In this document: piece by piece, positions 57,083 through 59,195 of the stretch
Numbering within the stretch: the first letter of the stretch is position 1
How the letters are laid out: each line of letters begins with the position of its first letter
Virus record (IMG/VR): IMGVR_UViG_3300008448_000086
Coordinates: 1-59,195 of that record
Strand: one strand, 5' to 3'
Length of the DNA stretch: 59,195 bases
DNA from: a virus
Taxonomy: Duplodnaviria; Caudoviricetes
Made by a program: the position numbers and the translations under genes
Notes under the pieces: model-generated
Database searches by the model: none
Told to the model about the DNA's origin: nothing
Seen by the model: the letters and a program-made list of their open reading frames with translations, nothing else

Positions 57083-57317
57083 TGACCTCTAGCTGAGCCA
57101 GCATCTCCACAAAGTATTCGGTAGATTTATCAAGCATATACATACATCTGTCCATTATGCGCTGCTTAACCTGCTTCTGCTGCTTCGTCATGGCATCCAT
57201 TGATTCCAGATTAGCTAGCGTCTCATTGGCCACCATGTTAGCGTTATAGAACAGGTCTATCTCTTCATCCAATCCCCATTCCTGTACTTCCGGCTCTTGT
57301 TCATTATCGTCAAACAT
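57060..57317 (-). CDS. Acidic hypothetical protein
   Basis: 85 aa, convergent with resolvase. Confidence 0.55.
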   Translation of the reverse strand: MFDDNEQEPEVQEWGLDEEIDLFYNANMVANETLANLESMDAMTKQQKQVKQRIMDRCMYMLDKSTEYFVEMLAQLEVIKDESAE

Positions 57318-57323
57318 AAGACG

Positions 57324-58370
57324 TTATTTAGGTGAACTTGATAATATATGCCTTCTCTGCTTGATGCTTAACTCAGATGTACGCTTCCTTCCGATAGCAC
57401 CACAATTGGTACACCTGAATTGGCTATAAGCATTTACTGTTGTATAATACTTCTTCCCTTCATCCTCCAGATTATTACTTCCGCAAGTAGGGCATCTGTA
57501 CTCATGCTCATCAAGGATAAACAGCGCTGTATTTGGATGAGGCTTAATCCAAGGTCTTAATCTAAGATAAGTCTCCTCCAGGATTACCACATCGTTTATA
57601 TTGTACTCCTGCATATGCTTAAGAGCATCCTCATCCCCTACGTAGCATTTACTCCACAGCTCAAAACCATCGTGCTTGGATTTTCTTGGAAGACCCAGCA
57701 TTCTGTTTACGAACTCCAGCTTATTGGATGTGAATGCAAAGTTTCTCTTAATATGCTTTAAGGTGTCAATGGACTGATATGGAAGAGGAGGATTAATTTT
57801 ATTTATCAGGAACCTTGTATTTAGCTTAGGTAAATCGAACTTATCTCCGTTGTGAGCTACAACAATGTCTGCCTGATTCAGCATCTCCCATATACCTTTG
57901 AGTATCCTGCTGTCATCCTGCTTCATCGCTTCTTCACCAGTCAATGCTCCTGAGTAAGTCTGCTCATCAAACAGCCACTTAGCTGCCCACGTAAGTATAA
58001 ACCAGTCGCTTTCTATTTGGTCTATAGATATGTTCTGATTCCATATCCCCCACACCTTCGCCCTGATGGGAGCTGTTTCAATATCTAGTATCAGGATTTT
58101 TGCGCCTGTATCTACCTCTTCTTTGAATGGTTTATAGTTTCTGGTATCGTATGTAATAGGCTTTCTGGTTTCCTGTATTGTCTTCGAGTTTCTTCTTCCT
58201 TCTGTCTTATGGCCTCTGTAGTATCTTATATAGTCACGAGCAGACTCTACACTTTTAAGCAAGCCTTTATTCTCCTCATACATCTTCCTTGCAAGAGTAA
58301 GGTCAGGTAGCTTAGGGTTAGCCTTGCAGTAATCCTTTGCAAGAATACCTAATTCGGTTAGTTTTCCCAT
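57324..58370 (-). CDS. DnaQ/RNase H-like 3'-5' exonuclease with C-terminal Zn ribbon
   Basis: DIET (ExoI), HNGDKFD (ExoII), YNINDV (ExoIII), CPTCG..CTNCG. Confidence 0.85.
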   Translation of the reverse strand: MGKLTELGILAKDYCKANPKLPDLTLARKMYEENKGLLKSVESARDYIRYYRGHKTEGRRNSKTIQETRKPITYDTRNYKPFKEEVDTGAKILILDIETAPIRAKVWGIWNQNISIDQIESDWFILTWAAKWLFDEQTYSGALTGEEAMKQDDSRILKGIWEMLNQADIVVAHNGDKFDLPKLNTRFLINKINPPLPYQSIDTLKHIKRNFAFTSNKLEFVNRMLGLPRKSKHDGFELWSKCYVGDEDALKHMQEYNINDVVILEETYLRLRPWIKPHPNTALFILDEHEYRCPTCGSNNLEDEGKKYYTTVNAYSQFRCTNCGAIGRKRTSELSIKQRRHILSSSPK

Positions 58371-58383
58371 TACATATTTTTAG

Positions 58384-58472
58384 AAGCCCCTACGGGATTC
58401 GAACCCGTACCTCTCCACTAATGCGGAGTTCCTACCCAAGCTCATATTCATTTTGAGTTAGACGAAGAGGCC
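58384..58472 (-). tRNA. Atypical or degenerate tRNA, identity undetermined
   Basis: Acceptor ggcctct/aggggct, perfect T-arm acggg-ttcgaat-cccgt; extra hairpin in D-loop; 6-nt anticodon loop cattag. Confidence 0.6.
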
Positions 58473-58489
58473 TGCCTGCAAACTTTTAC

Positions 58490-58548
58490 TGCGTCAGTGG
58501 GCATTGCACTCCCATCCTACCTTACGATTAGGCTCTCGTTGCTGACTC
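58490..58548 (-). ncRNA. Second D-armless tRNA-like element
   Basis: gagtcag/ctgacgc acceptor, 9-nt linker, ccta/tagg arm, tggg/ccca T-like arm. Confidence 0.4.
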
Positions 58549-58599
58549 CCTTGTGGAGTGAGAGGAACTACGACCCCTTGTACTTCGGGGACATTATCT

Positions 58600-59025
58600 T
58601 CAAATATCTTTATATTCTTCCTTTGCATCAAAGCAAGGACATGACTTAGAAACACCTGGGAAATCTGTATGACCTTGGATGACGGGGAATGTTCTCTGCT
58701 TGAGCGCTACTTCGTTTCTTACTTTCTTAATCGTGTCAATGAGAGCCTGCTTCTGAGCATCTGTTCTGTTATCCACCGGCTTACCATTCTTGTCAACTCC
58801 ACCTATGTAAGAGATATGTATAGACCTTGTATTGAATCCTGCTACGCCATTGGTAGGATTAGCTATATCTGACAGCTGTGTTACATTACCATTGGCCTCA
58901 ACAATAAAGTGATACCCCACGTTCCTCCACTTCAGAACGTTCTTCCAGTAGTTCCTGATAGACTGAATTTTGGTAGTCTGAGGAGTTGCTGTACAATGAA
59001 TAACGATGTAGTCTATCCTTCTCAT
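58600..59025 (-). CDS. N-acetylmuramoyl-L-alanine amidase (endolysin, T7-lysozyme-like)
   Basis: IVIHCTA, GYHF, SIHISYIGG, GH.DF...KSCPCF. Confidence 0.9.
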   Translation of the reverse strand: MRRIDYIVIHCTATPQTTKIQSIRNYWKNVLKWRNVGYHFIVEANGNVTQLSDIANPTNGVAGFNTRSIHISYIGGVDKNGKPVDNRTDAQKQALIDTIKKVRNEVALKQRTFPVIQGHTDFPGVSKSCPCFDAKEEYKDI

Positions 59026-59123
59026 TTTCTTTTAGGCTTAACAAGATTTATCACTATCATCACTAGCCAAAACACAAGCAGGATTAATATATCCCTTGTG
59101 CCCTGCGCAGTAAAGTTATCCAT
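59022..59123 (-). CDS. 33-aa single-TM protein (lysis module, putative)
   Basis: MDNFTAQGTRDILILLVFWLVMIVINLVKPKRK; ATGA overlap with endolysin. Confidence 0.4.
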   Translation of the reverse strand: MDNFTAQGTRDILILLVFWLVMIVINLVKPKRK

Positions 59124-59195
59124 ATAAATCCAGATATTAAAGCAATTGCTAAATAAATAATTCTTAATACCCAGAATTGAACTCTGTTTCCTATT
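59084..59195 (-). CDS. C-terminal TM end of a lysis-module protein (spanin/holin-like), partial
   Basis: ..FWVLRIIYLAIALISGFIWITLLRRAQGIY*. Confidence 0.4.
   Translation of the reverse strand, partial: IGNRVQFWVLRIIYLAIALISGFIWITLLRRAQGIY

Noticed and set aside
58384-58472. Ochre suppressor tRNA or stop-codon recoding
   Set aside because: A TTA anticodon needs a 7-nt loop that breaks the stem; genes are intact in the standard code and TAA is the commonest stop
58535-58592. HDV-like (theta) ribozyme beside the tRNA-like RNAs
   Set aside because: agt-tcctctc-act resembles P3/L3, but I could not form P1 or a CNAA J4/2

Overview
This window is most of the genome of a tailed phage, probably podovirus-like, that infects a Bacteroidota host. 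The host call rests on TAnnTTTG -7 promoter boxes, A-rich leaders without Shine-Dalgarno sites, and Q-rule signal peptides. The minus strand of 1-39 kb is the late/virion arm. In transcription order it has decoration-like proteins, a GroES-like protein, an MTase, TerS/TerL, portal, small basic proteins, scaffold, major capsid, ring/adaptor and nozzle proteins, three ejection proteins (one 2996 aa) and tail fibres. The plus strand of 40.3-57 kb is the early/replication arm: many tiny ORFs, a Gp88-like protein, a solo OmpR-type wHTH, a Rad52-like annealase, a C5 MTase, an ExoVIII-like nuclease, an SSB-like protein, a primase-helicase and a RusA-like resolvase. The right end returns to the minus strand with a DnaQ-like exonuclease, tRNA-like RNAs and an amidase endolysin. 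I recognise no integrase, DNA polymerase, RNA polymerase or CRISPR array. The most unusual signal is an RNA layer. (1) Promoter-terminator units would make ~60-nt RNAs complementary to translation-start regions of distant phage genes, the best being a perfect 14-nt match to the GroES-like gene leader. (2) An ~850-nt ornate structured RNA ends in a D-armless tRNA-like domain. (3) Two ~400-450-nt structured RNAs each have an antisense or kissing-loop switch. Other notable features are a small basic-protein gene overprinted inside the giant ejection gene, an attC-like cassette carrying the C5 MTase, and tail-type proteins with Sec signal peptides. All family assignments come from motif recognition by eye; no searches were run.
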